A stretch of 53,537 nucleotides of DNA from IMG/VR virus record IMGVR_UViG_3300025304_000001, positions 1-53,537 of that record; one strand, given 5' to 3'. The notes under the pieces are model-generated. The model was not told where the DNA came from. It was given only the letters and a program-made list of their open reading frames with translations, and ran no database searches. The stretch is from a virus. The position numbers and the translations under genes were made by a program. Of this stretch, positions 52,352-53,537 are shown piece after piece; positions within the stretch are counted from its first letter, which is position 1, and the number at the start of each line of letters is the position of its first letter.

Positions 52352-52599
52352 TCAGAGACTACATGGGCAAGGCCGAGTTCGACGACGAGGCACGTGAAGG
52401 AACGCGCGTCCTGGCCAAAGAGGAGTTTTGCCGCCGCTTTGTTGAGTACATGACACGGGAGGCTGGCTTCGAAGTCTTCGATAACGGGCAAACCGTTCGC
52501 GCCTATGCGGAAGAAACCGCCCCCGACTATTGGGATAACAGTCCCGACATCCCAGCCGAAGAAGCCGCAGAAGCCGACATGGATTGCTGGGAGGATTGA
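52348..52599 (+). CDS. Hypothetical acidic protein
   Basis: ATGA coupling, preceded by the conserved GGAGG junction cassette. Confidence 0.5.
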   Translation: MIRDYMGKAEFDDEAREGTRVLAKEEFCRRFVEYMTREAGFEVFDNGQTVRAYAEETAPDYWDNSPDIPAEEAAEADMDCWED

Positions 52600-52601
52600 C
52601 C

Positions 52602-53138
52602 ATGACAAAAAATGACACCCCAGCGCCGCAGACGAATGTGCGGCCGCTTGAATGGCGGCCATACCCTGAAGATGGCGGCAGGATGTTCGAAGGCCAGAAC
52701 CAGCAGCGGCGATATCTCAGTCGCGCCCTTACGCCGTGGGGATCCGCGATCTTCGTCATGGAGAAGGATGGCGTTTATACCCTCGAAGGATCCTGCGAGG
52801 TGTTTTTTGCCACCGAACAAGCAGCGAAGGATGCCGCCCAGGCCGAATTCGATGCATGGATCCTCGCTTCAGTCGAAAGCCCATCGCCCCAACCGAATTT
52901 GGAGGGGTGGACCAAAGTCCCCGACGACCCGACGCTTGAGCTTCTGCGGTCGATCAACATCGACAATCAAGTCCTCGCCTATGAGAACGGCCGTTACTAC
53001 AACGCTTGGTTCACGTTCGAGCCGGGCGAAGGTGGCTGGTTCTGGACCGACGACGCCGACAGCGAGCCGAACCCCAGTCACTATCGCGCACTCGGGCCTA
53101 TTGCCCTTGCCGCCACCGCGACGGAGGACGGCCGATGA
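52602..53138 (+). CDS. Hypothetical protein
   Basis: It contains two SPQPN-type motifs and ends with the LAATATE junction cassette. Confidence 0.5.
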   Translation: MTKNDTPAPQTNVRPLEWRPYPEDGGRMFEGQNQQRRYLSRALTPWGSAIFVMEKDGVYTLEGSCEVFFATEQAAKDAAQAEFDAWILASVESPSPQPNLEGWTKVPDDPTLELLRSINIDNQVLAYENGRYYNAWFTFEPGEGGWFWTDDADSEPNPSHYRALGPIALAATATEDGR

Positions 53139-53537
53139 GCATCACCCTTTGGAAGCCAGAGCCAGACGTGCTTATCCACCAGGCGCTCGGCAAGGCATGC
53201 GAGGAAGCAAACGAGCTTGCGGGTATTCTCGCCCGGTGTCTAATTCAGGGGCTGAACGCAAGCGAACCTGTAACCGGCAAGCCGAACCGGCAGGCCCTGT
53301 TCGAGGAAATTGCCGATGTTGACGCCGCGGTCCAGTGGCTGCGCGAGCTGATCGACGACGAATATGACGGCGACCGCGCCGATCGCAAGCTGAACGGCTT
53401 CCGGCGCTGGCAGCGCATGCTTGAAAAAGACATAGCCTCCACCCCAGCTCCCGAAACGAACGGGACTGGCTCCGCATGCCCAGATCGGCTAATGTTGGTG
53501 GATGACAGTTCGCGCACCGATCCGGAAAAAGATGCAA
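53135..53537 (+). CDS. N-terminal part of MazG-like paralog B. The ORF is open at the window end and continues at position 128 of the circle.
   Basis: MSITLWKPEPDVLIHQALGKACEEANELAG...LFEEIADVDAAVQWL is paralogous to the ORF at 48195. No stop occurs before the window end. Confidence 0.65.
   Translation, partial: MSITLWKPEPDVLIHQALGKACEEANELAGILARCLIQGLNASEPVTGKPNRQALFEEIADVDAAVQWLRELIDDEYDGDRADRKLNGFRRWQRMLEKDIASTPAPETNGTGSACPDRLMLVDDSSRTDPEKDA
53411..53537. repeat. Terminal direct repeat, copy 2. It is identical to 1-127.
   Basis: Exact 127/127 match, confirmed by direct comparison. Confidence 0.95.

Noticed and set aside
1-53537. CRISPR arrays, tRNA/tmRNA genes, a reverse transcriptase (retron/DGR), transposases or IS ends
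   Set aside because: I found no regularly spaced short repeats, no T-arm/acceptor-like cloverleaf in the intergenic gaps (the GGTTCAAAT near 1722 has no flanking stems), no YxDD-containing ORF and no terminal inverted repeats.

Overview
The window appears to be one complete, GC-rich (alphaproteobacterial-style) temperate myovirus genome. Its first 127 bp are repeated exactly at the end (1-127 = 53411-53537), so the unique replicon is 53,410 bp and one ORF reads across the junction.

Minus strand (about 6.5-42.9 kb):
- A cro-led early/replication arm: Cro-like, CII-like, two DNA methyltransferases, an O-like initiator with in-gene iterons, and a NusG-like factor.
- A candidate cos region, then a lambda-type head module: TerS, GpA-type TerL, lambda-family portal, gpW-like, S49 protease/scaffold, gpD-like decoration protein and gpE-like capsid.
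- A P2-type contractile tail and baseplate: V, W, J, I, fibres, sheath, tube, E/E+E' frameshift chaperone, tape measure, U, X, D.
- A Dam methylase and a six-gene lysis cassette with overlapped spanins.

Plus strand:
- A CI-type S24 repressor.
- A long translationally coupled operon (about 44.1 kb, through the junction, to 1.7 kb) of mostly unknown genes. It includes two MazG-like paralogs, a Gp37/Gp68 protein, a Dam-type methylase and a DUF1643 protein.
- A plasmid-maintenance block: small serine resolvase, winged-helix Rep-like protein, PadR module and ParA/ParG-like partition genes with centromere-like repeats.
- A HicAB pair.

No integrase or protelomerase is visible, so the element is most simply read as a phage-plasmid with two initiator systems.

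The items most worth follow-up are:
- the dual replicon with GANTC-bearing iterons;
- the PadR-controlled nuclease-like cargo gene;
- the NusG paralog just upstream of the late genes;
- a recurring SPQPN-coding DNA motif and a 24-bp gene-junction cassette in the early operon;
- a cluster of GNRA-capped hairpins;
- an opposite-strand moron without a canonical start codon;
- an antisense mini-ORF inside one MazG paralog.

All functional calls come from motif recognition by eye. No database search was run.
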